Below, piece by piece: positions 48,330 to 61,624 of a stretch of DNA of 64,000 nucleotides. The position numbers and the translations under genes were made by a program. Under the pieces are notes generated by a model. That model made no database searches and had not been told where the DNA came from. It saw only the letters and a list, made by a program, of their open reading frames with translations. Source of the DNA: the human T2T-CHM13v2.0 reference genome, Homo sapiens; assembly GCF_009914755.1 (NCBI RefSeq), contig NC_060939.1; one strand, written 5' to 3'. The number at the start of each line of letters is the position of its first letter. Position 1 is the stretch's first letter.

Positions 48330-48994
48330 TAAACCTGCAACTTCACTGAGTGAACTCTCTCTGAAAAGGATGAGAAGGTATAAGTCAAAGATGGGTATGA
48401 GCTTCCATGGACTGAGGAGTTCCTTTCTTTCATGTCTTCAGTTTTTCTCCTAACTTTCCTTCAGCTGGATTCCAAAGCAGCCCTGCTTTAGATTTTCCTT
48501 TTCCTGTAAGAATTTGCATTGGCTCATGGTCGGGAGGCCATGGTGAGGTGTTCCAAAACACCAGCTTCAGCTTTGAAAACACAGAGCAATTATTCTGTGC
48601 TGGATACTCTTTCATATTTTTAGTGATCCCCCAGCATCAGAATTCTCAGAACTTTTCTGGGGCCATTTTTGTCAGTTAACAAATCATTCTTTTTGTAGAA
48701 CACCAGTTTACTTGTTCAGTCCGGAACTGAGTGAGCAATAGGCGTCGGTGATGTGTGTTTAGTTATGTGGCTCTGTGTGCATGCGCAGAAGGAGAAGGCT
48801 CAGGGTTATGGCTGGTCTTTGATGGCTACCTAATTCGTCTTTGTTCAACACACTCTTTTCACTGTCCTTTGAAGTGTAGTAAGGCCCACCCTATACTGAC
48901 AGGGCCACAAGGAGGCAGGCTGCCTCTGACAGGAGGCCGTTCCTTTGGGAGAATCACTGAACCCCTCTCTGTTTATTTCAACATCATCTCCTAG

Positions 48995-49165
48995 TCTGGA
49001 GGACAAGACCAGGAGCGGAAGAAGACAAAGCGGCGGGGAGACTTGTATTCCATCCAGACCTCCCTCATCGTGGCTGCACTCAAGAAAATGCTGCCCATTG
49101 GTTTGAATATGTGTACTCCAGGCGACCAGGAGCTGATCTCCCTCGCAAAATCGCGATACAGCCAT
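48995..49165 (+). CDS. RYR3: RYR3 exon, 171 nt: [36 protein letters not shown]...AKSRYSH
   Basis: catcatctcctag acceptor; CAT|gtaagc donor. Confidence 0.97.
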
Positions 49166-49493
49166 GTAAGCTGCCCGTCTGCCTGGGCTGAGTGTGTGAT
49201 CCACATGGTGCAGTGATAAGCATTCAGCCCCTGAAGGGTTAGTCCTCCTCCCCTGGGGGGCGGGGAGCAGATGCGCAGAAACCAGTGTGTATGGAGGCAA
49301 CACGCCCTCATCTTTAAAACTGGTTTGGAAGTCCGTGTGTGCCCTTTGGGACAAATCTCCGGAATATTTTTTCTTTTGTTCTTCTGATAAAGATCCCAGT
49401 GAAACTGTGCGTTGACTCTCCATACATCCCCATATGCTACTTGACAGTTCCATGGTGATCTCCGGGAATAAAATCTGACATCTCTTTCCACAG

Positions 49494-49553
49494 AGGGACA
49501 CAGATGAAGAGGTCAGAGAACATCTGCGGAACAACTTGCACTTGCAGGAAAAG
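49494..49553 (+). CDS. RYR3: RYR3 exon, 60 nt: RDTDEEVREHLRNNLHLQEK
   Basis: tctctttccacag acceptor; AAG|gtgatg donor. Confidence 0.96.
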
Positions 49554-49739
49554 GTGATGACTCAGGACAGCAGTGAGAACTCACACCGGCTTTCCTTCTG
49601 GCTGCAGGGTTCCAGCTTTTCACTTCATTTACTCATGCTTCTTATATGTGTTCCAAAAACAGTTTGGGGGTATTTGTGTTTAATTGGTAGGACTAGCTCT
49701 CTCTTTTTTAAATTTTTTTTTAAAAATTTACTGGTACAT

Positions 49740-50040
49740 GGCTGGGCGCGGTGGCTCACACCTGTAATCCCAGCACTTTGGGAGGCCGAGGTGGGCGGAT
49801 CACGAGGTCAGGAGATTGAGACCATCCTGGCTAACACGGTGAAACCCCGTCTGTACTAAAAATACAAAAAGTTAGCCGGGCGTGGTGGCGGGCGCCTGTA
49901 GTCTCAGCTACTTGGGAGGCTGAGGCAGAGGCAGGAGAATGGTGTGAACCTGGGAGACGGAGGTTGTGGTGAGCCGAGATCAGGCCACTGCACTCCAGCC
50001 TGGGTAACAGAGCAAGACTCCGTCTCAAAAAAAAAAAAAA
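49740..50040 (+). mobile_element. AluY/Sc
   Basis: TSD tactggtacat; gagaccatcctggctaacacggtgaaacc. Confidence 0.94.
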
Positions 50041-50070
50041 GTACTGGTACATAAACTGCCCTTAATGTAT

Positions 50071-50098
50071 GTTTGTTTGTTTGTTTGTTTGTTTGTTT
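50071..50098. repeat. (GTTT)n microsatellite
   Basis: gtttgtttgttt... Confidence 0.9.
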
Positions 50099-50749
50099 TT
50101 GCCCTTAATTTTTGTTCTTAGTTATTACAAAGAGGATTACAAAGAGGATACCCAATAAAGCATCTATTCCCATTTCCCATTATGTGAACGTCAGGCCATA
50201 GCAGTGGCGTGTAGCTTAGGTGTCAGAATTTACTGACTGTAAGTCTTGTTAAACAGTGCAGTGGACACCTGGGGGAAGTTTTAGCACTTCCTGCTCTAAA
50301 GAGATTTTGAAACAAAATAATTTTGTTTCTAGTTGGTACAATAAAAAAATATAATTTTCATGATAAAGGCTATTTGAGATGTTTTAAAGCCTGTGAATCT
50401 GAACAACTCTTACCTCAGATACATTATGCCCTGAGATGGAGAACTAAGCCAACACACAAAGTCTTTCCTTTCCGCCCCAAACATATAGGAATGGTGGATA
50501 AAATATACTAGGAAAAAAAAGGCAATAAAAAGAAAGCTCTAGGGCCAGAAAAAAAATCTTAGGGGCTTGGTTTTTTAATCATTGTAAAGGAAGAGGAGTG
50601 TGGGACCTAATTACCCACACTATGCATAAATACAGAGCAAGAAACTTCCATAAAGTTAGCCTTGAACCAGTAAAACCCACAAATATTCCACAGAGAAACC
50701 CAAGTGGAATAACCACTTGGAGAGCCTCCACCTTCTAAAATACAAGCTG

Positions 50750-51280
50750 AGATACCAATAGGTAAAATTCCTCCTGAAGACAAGCTCATATTTTTTTTTG
50801 ATTACAAAGCACATCAGGAAATCTACTAGTAGAGAGTCAGCATAGGAAACAAAGAGAATAATTCAACCATAAGGAGCAATTGAAAGAGATGTAAATGTAA
50901 ATAAAATTAAAACATTTAAAGAGATATAAAGGAATTAATCGAACCCATAAAGCAATAATTGGATGTTATATTTTTAAAAAGAAGGGGAGATGGGTTTGAA
51001 AAAAGACTTCATAGTCATTATAAAAATAAAAAATAATCATTGAAATTAAAAACCTAATAAATGGGTTAAAAATAGGCTACACATAGCTGAAACAATAATT
51101 TATAAATTAGAAGAGTGCTTTAAGGAAATCATCCAAAATGCAACACAGAGAGATGACGAGATAGAAAATATGACAGAAGCATTAAGAGACATAGGAGTTA
51201 GAATGAGAAGTTCCTATACAGTATCTACAGTGTTCCAGAAGATAATTGAGAAAATGAAAGTGAAGTGATAATAGAAGGAG
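50750..51280 (+). mobile_element. Degenerate old L1M fragment (ORF1-like region)
   Basis: A-rich; aaggaaatcatccaaaatgcaacacagagaga...attaagagacat..gaatgagaag. Confidence 0.6.
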
Positions 51281-51378
51281 AGTCTTGACTCCTACAGAAC
51301 CATGGTAGGACCAAAAGGCTTCTTCAGTATAAGAAGTACAGGAAATTCCTCATCTTATGAGTATGCTTCAATTTTCAG

Positions 51379-51510
51379 TCTGATGACCCAGCTGTAAAAT
51401 GGCAACTGAACCTCTACAAGGATGTTCTGAAGAGTGAAGAACCTTTCAATCCGGAAAAGACAGTGGAGCGTGTGCAGAGAATTTCAGCAGCTGTCTTCCA
51501 CCTGGAACAG
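51379..51510 (+). CDS. RYR3: RYR3 exon, 132 nt: SDDPAVKWQLNLYKDVLK...AAVFHLEQ
   Basis: ttcaattttcag acceptor; CAG|gtaagg donor. Confidence 0.96.
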
Positions 51511-51982
51511 GTAAGGAGCATCTGCCCTGAGGAATGGGGAAGCAGAAACACCCTGGACCATACAAAGCTCCCCTCCACACTCAGCATTCAGGTACAAGTG
51601 CCCTCATAAGACTGAGAAAACAAGGACCAAGGATCATCCCAGATCACCCCCACGTGCCATCTCGATGCCCTGTGATAGGAGACCTCTCCATTATTTCCCC
51701 TGCCAGTGTTTTGTGCATTCTTGCCATTAGCTCAAATGCCCTATTTAAGTCCACTACTGTTAGTTAAGCTGCTATTAGGGAATAAATGACTAAAAGCAAC
51801 TGGGAGAAAGAGGAAAACCTAAGACTTTCACAACTGAAATCATCTGCTCCTGGGTGCATTTTGCTAACTACAGTTGAGAAGCCAAAATTCTTCCAGAATG
51901 AAGAAGTCTGGGCTACAGGTGACTAGCTTCTGCCACCAGAAGATCAGCCTAATGTGCACCAACCGATGTGATCTCTTCTCAG

Positions 51983-52095
51983 GTGGAACAGCCTTTGAGG
52001 TCCAAGAAGGCCGTCTGGCACAAACTGTTATCAAAGCAACGGAAACGGGCAGTGGTGGCCTGTTTCAGGATGGCCCCTCTCTACAACCTGCCCAG
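51983..52095 (+). CDS. RYR3: RYR3 exon, 113 nt, calmodulin-binding segment: [37 protein letters not shown](R); ends at a GC donor
   Basis: atctcttctcag acceptor; CAG|gcaagt non-canonical donor, required for phase 2. Confidence 0.95.
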
Positions 52096-53132
52096 GCAAG
52101 TATTTTGTCTTTTTTCCTGGCATGTAAGCCAGCGATGGGAATGGAGGTATCCTCCCACAGCTGTGCTCTCTCACTCTTAATCCAAGGAATAGAAATTGGA
52201 ATCCTTGGCCTATGGAGCTATTGCAGTCTGCATAGTATAAGGGCCTGGCTAAGACAATCAAGGTAAGCATAAAAACTGAAACCAGATGAGATTCTCTAGA
52301 GCCCATTCCTGTCAGGCTCACCATTTGTACCCTAAAGTCAGCCAAGTAAGCATATGGAAGTACACTACTTTTGCTGAGGTGGGATTCTTGGTTAGCATGT
52401 AAAGACTTCTGGAAAAAGAGAAACTGTTTTCTGAAACATTTTACCCCAAATTCCATCAACAGTTCCAATAGTATTTCTCTGCTCAGGAACTTGACACTGA
52501 AATTACCATTTCCTCAGCAGGTACAGAAATGTAACTTGAAAATCTTTTAGCACAGTGTACTAGCTGTCAAAATATAGAAAGGCTGCAGATGCCTCAAGAG
52601 GCTTGCCAGAGGCACGATGCCTTCGGGTGTTTCAGCTTATACTTTGAAGTAAAATGTATTTGAAGCTTTTGCTGAAAAGTCTGGGACATATCCTTGTCAA
52701 CATAGGGAATAGTATCAGTGACAGACTGGCCCAGAGTTGACCACCCAGACCGATTCAGTGTCTTTGGTGATGTGGTGACATTCCTGTCCTCAGACTTATT
52801 GCAGAGTAGGTATGGTCAGGTCTTGGGTCAATAAACAAAGCTGGTAATTGAATATCAGCCTCTGCTTCACTGACTTATCAAATCAGTAGGAATATTCTCA
52901 CTTGCTCAGGGAAATTAAACTGACTTAGACAAGTATACTCTGAAGCTTATGTAAATAAATGTGTTTCTTTGGAATATCACATAAAGGACTATTCCTATGC
53001 TTGACATTTTGTTTTCATCAAATTGTGGATCTTGGCCATCATTTGTCCAGAGTAGCCTATAACCTCGTCCTGAGCCAACTGGCCACCTGGGCTTTCTTAG
53101 GGTCTTTGAAGATAGTTAAGAATGATGGTCTC

Positions 53133-53703
<571 letters not shown>

Positions 53704-54350
53704 TCATGAATGAAAAGATGAAAAGCTCAAGCAGTCATGGGCGTTAAGGCTGCTGAAGTCGTAACAGAAAAGTGAAATTCATAGCCCGTTAGAAAAAGCA
53801 AAAGTGCATAGAATTTGTCTTTGTTTTCTGGAAGTGTCGAAACATCAGAAAGTGTTTCCTTCCCTATCTGATTGAGATTTCTACCTGACATTGTGCTGAG
53901 TTGGCCTTCGAAAGAGCCTAGCTCGAAAGCACATGTCTCTGGGACCAGGACAGCTAGGCAGAAATTACATCTCTCAAAAACAAGCATTTTTTTCTAAATC
54001 CACTGAAGATATTAGTACCATCCTTACATATCTGGGCTGCACCTTCAGTAGTTTTACTCTGTATGGGTAAGAGTAAGTCTAGGAATTCACTATGTCCTTC
54101 ATGAAGCATGACCGTCCCTAACTCAGTTGTTTTAGAGGGGCTGCTATGGGTGATCTCTCTAGCATGGAGGACTGTAAGTAGATTTCATAACAACAGAGAA
54201 GCTGATGATGGAGACAACTTCTCTTCTCCACCTTGTGATCATCTAACCGCATAGAATCTCCCAAACTAAAGGGCTAAAGGGATTTGTTTTATTATGGGAA
54301 ACTGTCTCTGATGCTAGTTTTTAAAAGAAAACTTGTATGCTTCTCTCCAG

Positions 54351-54450
54351 ACACAAAATTAATAATTTCTTCCTGAGCACCTTTCAACAAGTTTGGCTGG
54401 AAAAGGTTAATGAAAAAACTCAGTATGACAGGCTTATACCCATTTTAATG
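54351..54450 (+). CDS. RYR3: Alternative (mutually exclusive) RYR3 exon 'A', 100 nt: (R)HKINNFFLSTFQQVWLEKVNEKTQYDRLIPILM
   Basis: ttctctccag acceptor; ATG|gtaatg donor; open in phase 2 to 0; peptide aligns with the 55379-55475 exon. Confidence 0.85.
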
Positions 54451-54536
54451 GTAATGTAACCTGTGGAGAGACCTGCTCATTCTCTGCACACTCCTCCTTT
54501 ATTGACCATGATTTAACGTTACCATAAGAACACGAA

Positions 54537-55286
54537 TTTGTACAATTTTTAGGAAGAATTCTGATTGGTCAGACTTGAAGAAAGATGGCAAGGGCTGTGT
54601 CCTACCGAAAACCATGACCGGAGTTTAATGGCTCTGGTGTTGACTTTTATCTTCCTCCCCTCTCCTTCCCTCCTCACCACTGTCCTCACATTTTGTAAAC
54701 ACTTGGCTGCTTTTGCTTTGCAGTGGCTAATATTCCCAGAAGTCAATCCTGGCTTATCGGGAGTGGCTCATGCCAGTTATTCAGTGCACCCACATACCAG
54801 GGACATAGCTAGAATCCATGCGGCACACAGAAAATATGCCAACGACGTAACGTGCTTAAACCTTGTCGTGCTAAGTAAAAGCTGGAGCACTTTACCACTG
54901 TGGTTACTTGGAGAATGAAAAGAAGCCACATTTTGGTATTTTGGTATCTCTAAGATGAAACCACTGATCATCGGTATGACTTAGATTGGATTACCTAGAA
55001 GGGTGATCAGCCTAAAGGAATACCTAAATTGCCATATGAAGCAAATACTTCAGGACTGTTACTTGGCCTAATGATTGATTTCTCATTGGAGAGGAAATGT
55101 GATAAAGAGCCTATGAGAACAGAGTAGGATTACAGATAACTGCCATGTCTTGCTAACCATTGTCATTTTCAGAAGGTGCTCTAATATTCAAGACTCGTCA
55201 TGGTAGAGGGTTCTGGTTTCTTTGAAGTGAGTTCTGTGGTATGCTACTGGCTACCCTGACCAATCAGAAGACAAGAATTGTACAAA
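54537..55286 (+). promoter_or_regulatory. Putative long-range pre-mRNA stem between the mutually exclusive exons
   Basis: 54559-54572 complements 55256-55269 (14/14); 54537-54547 complements 55276-55286 (11/11); nested 54611-54626 with 55191-55204. Confidence 0.65.
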
Positions 55287-55378
55287 AGTCTGTCCTGCTT
55301 ACTAACCATTAACTGCCCAAACTAAAAGAACAAGTTCCATGGATCCCTCTTGACCTCCCTCTCACCCCTTCCGCTCAG

Positions 55379-55475
55379 GCACCGCTCTATTAACCTCTTC
55401 CTCCATGGCTATCAGAGATTTTGGATAGAAACAGAGGAGTATTCCTTTGAAGAGAAACTAGTACAGGATTTGGCT
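55379..55475 (+). CDS. RYR3: RYR3 exon 'B', 97 nt (canonical type): (R)HRSINLFLHGYQRFWIETEEYSFEEKLVQDLA
   Basis: cccttccgctcag acceptor; GCT|gtaagt donor; phase 2 to 0. Confidence 0.96.
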
Positions 55476-57094
55476 GTAAGTACTGACTCCCCTGGGAGCA
55501 GATATGAGTGTGGATGAATTTGATTTTCGAATTCATGTGTGTGGTTGTAACAGTTAAACATTCACAAGGAATCGTGTGTATACATTTGAAAAGCACTAAC
55601 TGTGTAAGTGCTCAGGGGAGGCCCTGCTAATGGTCATAGGAGCCAGAGGATGAATTTTCACTTGGAGTTGCTAATACTGTCATCGTCCTCCTCATTGTCG
55701 CTGTTAACAACTAATATTTCTTAAAATGCACCGCCATGTCATGGGGGGTTCATGCTAAGTGAAGTTTTGAGCACCACTGGTTGCAGGAGGCCACCCCAGC
55801 CAAAGCCCCACGTTCCTACTCTGTAGTTCTGCTTTGGGGAAGATGCATCTAGATACCCTTCCTGCATCTTACATTTCTATATTTGGCCTTTCAGAAAATT
55901 TGGCATGCCTTGTCTCTAACAGACTTCATGCTCTAAAGCCACTTAAAATGACACAAGAGGGGAAAACTTACTGCAGAGGTGCCACAGAGCCTCATTCTGG
56001 TTCAGAGAGAAAATAAACCCTCCTTCTCTTTGGCCAGCCCTGTGGTTCTTTTTCTCCTTCTCCCACGAACCTTTTTCTCTTACCACTCACTCTCTCCGTT
56101 CATCTTGTCCTGTGTTTCTGATAGTCACTTTTTTCTAAATGTCTTTCACTTTCTATCTTTCCCTGTCACCCTCTGTTTCTTTCCTTCTTTTTTAAAGCCT
56201 TTTCCTATTGTTTTCTTTCCCTTTGTCTTTATGTCTTTCATTCTTCCCATATATTCCTGTTGGTGAGAAAGACACTCCGTTGGTTTTCTCAGTTTCTTGA
56301 TGAGTGTGAAGTTGACAATGAGCGTCACTTCAGCCCTCTACTTCTTCTGAACCATTCATACAACCCATGTAGTTCTCACCAATTTACCAAATACGGTCCA
56401 CCCTGCTGGCTCTGCCACTGCTAGAAAATTCACTTTTACCTCTGACATTAGCTGTTATTTCTCTTTCCATGAAAAGCGATAAAGAAAAGACCTGATAAAA
56501 GGAGAAGGGCAAGGCCTGCAGCTCCAGGATGGCAGCTCTCAGGAGCAACAAGAATTTTAGAATCAAGAGTTAGGTCAGGAAAGAGAGATGTTTTGCTGGG
56601 TTGAATCTAGAATAGTATTAGACCCAAAATGGCCCCACTGCTTTGTAACTCTTGCCCCACCTCCATGTCCAGCCCAGCCCTTCAAAAGAAATGTCAGCTG
56701 TTGGCCTGAGAGAGCAGTCTCTCAGGTGTCTCTGTGGGGTTTTCCTCCTGAACTCGGGTGCCCAGAGCTTGCATGAGAGGTCAGCTGATTGGAGTCTGTA
56801 GCTATTCCCTTTATGGGCAGCCTTTTGCTTTTTATTTTGTTTTAACCTGAAATTGGAATGTTTCTTTGGTTGGCTGTAAAAATAAAAAATATACAAACAT
56901 ATATACACATGTATCTCAAACCTCGCACCTTTAGGGCTTCTATCCTGAAATAAATACATGACGTAGTGGTTTTGTTTTGTGCTTTAGTCTGATGCACTCT
57001 GTGCCTTGCGCTTTACCTTCTCTTTGTTCGCATGCCAGTCACGTGGCACGAGATTAAATTCATGCCTAAAACCTATCTGTGTTGGTTTGTGTAG

Positions 57095-57201
57095 AAATCT
57101 CCAAAGGTGGAAGAGGAGGAGGAGGAAGAGACAGAAAAACAACCTGACCCACTACATCAGATCATTCTCTATTTTAGCCGCAACGCTCTCACGGAGAGGA
57201 G
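57095..57201 (+). CDS. RYR3: RYR3 exon, 107 nt: [35 protein letters not shown](S)
   Basis: ggtttgtgtag acceptor; AG|gtcaga donor. Confidence 0.95.
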
Positions 57202-57303
57202 GTCAGAACCACCAGCTCACCTGCTTCTCCCAGGCACCAGGGATACTTGTGTCCACTCCTGACCTTCTTCTCTCAGACGGCAGTGGGTGGAAAAGGGAAG
57301 CTA

Positions 57304-57671
<368 letters not shown>

Positions 57672-57906
57672 TCAAGCCACAGCCTGCTCTTCATAATGTC
57701 AGACACTGAGCTAAAGATTAAACAGCCTAAAACTATAAACTTCATCTCTGAATTCCATGTTAAGCCCCTGCTGGTTCACATTTTCAGAGTGGTTTCTAAG
57801 AATCAGAGTGGGGGAAGGGATTTTCTAATTAATTCACTAGTACTTATAATTTGAGATTTATATGACTCTTAGTCTTTATTGTGGGGTCCAAAGAGTAGCC
57901 TGCTAA

Positions 57907-58328
<422 letters not shown>

Positions 58329-59276
58329 GTACACCCAGGTTTTCTGCCCATTGTCTCTGTCTTTCTGTCTTCCCTTAGATTTCTTTAGGCGCATGAAAAT
58401 TGTCATGTTGAATAGCAGGCCTGGGACTTTGTCATGACATAGGTTTCAGGCATTGCACAATTCATGTGCCATAGAGATGATATTAGTAAACCAATTCACC
58501 GTCTTCCTAAGGAAACCTTGAAGCTTTGCAGAAACAATGGGTGCTGGTGGATAGGTTCACACTGACATTTCTAAAGCCAGCTAAATGGGGCTTAGGCATA
58601 CAGAATACCCTTGTGTTTTCACTCAATGTTCAGGATACATCAGACAGTTCAAACACATCCACAGGTGAAGGTTAGAAACTAGAGAGAGCTCCCGGTGCTC
58701 TGGAAGAGGCAGTGTGACCAGAAATGTTCTTTGTCACCTAGAAAGATGGTGACCTCTGGAATGCTGAGCAAATAAGGGAAACTTTGATGTCAGGCAGAAA
58801 GGATGTGTTGGGGTATAGGAGCACCTATTCCTTGATCTAGCTGTACCACAGGGCCCCAGTGGGAAGAGGCGCTTTAGGATTCACATCCTAGGTGATGTGT
58901 CTCCAATCTTAATGCCATGCCCTTGGGGGTGTATCTAGGAAGTGGCAGCTCCCTGCATTCCTGTCTCCCATTTACACCAGAACCTTAGTAAGGTAGAAGA
59001 GTTCAAGTCTGTGGTTAAACCAGCTAGGTCACCATTGATGATGTGAGCTCTGTGTTCTCATTTCTCATTTCTGAACTCTATGGTAACTGCGAAGATGGCA
59101 TTTACAGGAGAAATGTTGCCCAGCAGTGGCCAAAATGTTCCTGGTTTTACACAACGCTGAGGTCCTGAGGTGCCTGTGAATTACATCCTGTCCCCTGCCC
59201 TTGTAGAGTTGTGTTTATTAGATTTACCTTTAATTTGATTGTCTGTCTTCTCCCTTCCCTGCTCCATGAAATCCAG

Positions 59277-59333
59277 AGTTGTCAAAGTGGTGAGGATGAA
59301 GAAGAAGATGAAGACAAGGAAAAAACATTTGAA
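59277..59333 (+). CDS. RYR3: RYR3 exon, 57 nt: SCQSGEDEEEDEDKEKTFE
   Basis: Pyrimidine tract then atccag acceptor; GAA|gtaagt donor. Confidence 0.95.
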
Positions 59334-59650
59334 GTAAGTTCTCATGAAGAATAAAAATAGAGCCACCCTCCAAAGCCAATAGGCCAGGCCTTCAGAGGTG
59401 GGTGCTGACATTAGCCTATGTGGCTCGCCCACCAGCAGTGTGTGAGTTGGCAAGTCTGCCTTAATAAAGCACACTCATTAGCTGTGGTTCTCTTGTCTCT
59501 CTGCCCATGAAAAGGTAGCAGGTAGTATGCCAGTCAGCAAACCACTAGCTTTGTTCTTGTGGGAAATTGTACTCAATTACTGTAATAACAGGGGCCATAG
59601 AAGGACAAACTGAAACATCTAAAATGAAAAAGTCAGAAAAATGAAAATCA

Positions 59651-59960
59651 GGCCAAGCGTGGTGGCTCACACCTGTAATCCCAGCTCTTTGGGAGGCCAG
59701 GGGAGGGAAGATCACTTGAGCTTAGAAGTTCGAGACCAGTCTGGGCAACATAGGGAGACCTACCTCATCTATACAAAAAATAAAAAATTAGTTGGGTATG
59801 GTGGTGTGCTCCTGTAGTCCCAGCTGCTCAGGAGGCAGAGGTAGGAGGATAGTTTGAGCCCAAGTATTTGAGGCTGCAGTGAGTTCTGATTGCACCCTGC
59901 ACTCCAGGCTGGGCGACAGAGTAACATCCAGTGTCTCAAAAAAAAAAAAAAAAAAAAAAA
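59651..59960 (+). mobile_element. AluJ
   Basis: Diverged dimeric Alu, A tail. Confidence 0.9.
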
Positions 59961-60182
59961 GATTAAAAAATCAGAGGAATGGAGACACTTGAATGGTTTT
60001 TGTGCTATTATTCTATAAATGCAAGTTGATAGTGATTTTTATTTTGAGGCAGTACAGGACCCTGCAATTCTCAAGATTAAACTATATTAGGTTACTTGTA
60101 CTCTTTTGTAGACAAAGCACATGACAAAACACAGCAGAAGTAAATGACTATAATTACAGTCTGGAAAGCTTTGACATTCTCA

Positions 60183-60788
<606 letters not shown>

Positions 60789-60892
60789 TTACCTTCCTTA
60801 GGTAACTGGAAAATTCTCTCTCACCTCACTATGGGTGAACTCCCTGGTGCTGGGTAGGAACCAATCTTTCCCTGTGATTTTTTTCCCCCCAG

Positions 60893-60992
60893 GAGAAAGA
60901 GATGGAGAAGCAAAAAACCCTCTATCAGCAAGCTCGGCTGCATGAGCGTGGTGCTGCGGAGATGGTCCTTCAGATGATAAGCGCTAGCAAAG
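60893..60992 (+). CDS. RYR3: RYR3 exon, 100 nt: [33 protein letters not shown](G)
   Basis: ttttccccccag acceptor; G|gtgatt donor. Confidence 0.97.
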
Positions 60993-61145
60993 GTGATTTC
61001 CCTAGTTTCTGGATGGGCTTATGTAACTTCCACAAAGATATCATGCTGTGACATACAGCCATTATTAAAGAGCCCTGCTAAGGCCCAGGAGGCATGATTT
61101 ACCATCTGTTTCCTTGGTGATTCAATCGAATCTTCACCATGGCAG

Positions 61146-61225
61146 GTGAGATGAGCCCCATGGTGGTTGAGACGCTGAAGCTGGGGATCGCCATTCTGAA
61201 CGGAGGCAATGCTGGTGTGCAACAG
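61146..61225 (+). CDS. RYR3: RYR3 exon, 80 nt: (G)EMSPMVVETLKLGIAILNGGNAGVQQ
   Basis: ggcag acceptor; CAG|gtaacg donor. Confidence 0.96.
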
Positions 61226-61624
61226 GTAACGGGAACTTGCAGCGGCTGGGCAGGCTCCCGGGGTATTCCCATTTGACACCTGTCATGCTTCAGGGAAGAG
61301 GAGTTGACTGCTACAGAGGGGAGCCACCCAGAATCACTTAGCTCACGTTTGTCCTTAGTGGCCAGTTATATCAGAGTAGCTGGGAACGCAACATGGCTGG
61401 GAATCTGCAGGCAAATGTGTCTTTAATAAAGAGGTTTTATCCAGGATTAAAGATAAAAACATTTAGTTTTTCATCAGTAGATAACTTTCTGTATAAATAT
61501 TCTCCAGAAAAATTTCCTAAGAGTTAGGTTTTTACTTTAGCCCTTTATTTTCACTAATTAGCTGCCTTTAGTATGAGCAAGGAGCCTCATCAGTTAAGTG
61601 GAACTGATAAACTCACAAACCTGT

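Noticed and set aside
48845-49534. 229-aa minus-strand ORF, the longest in the track
   Set aside because: Antisense shadow of two RYR3 exons and their intron; no recognisable domain or independent gene signals
56780-56795. CTGATTGG as a competing partner for the 55256-55269 arm
   Set aside because: Only 8 bp and 3' of exon B; expected by chance unless conservation supports it
60890-60895. NAGNAG acceptor CAG-GAG
   Set aside because: A distal GAG is rarely used; no further support
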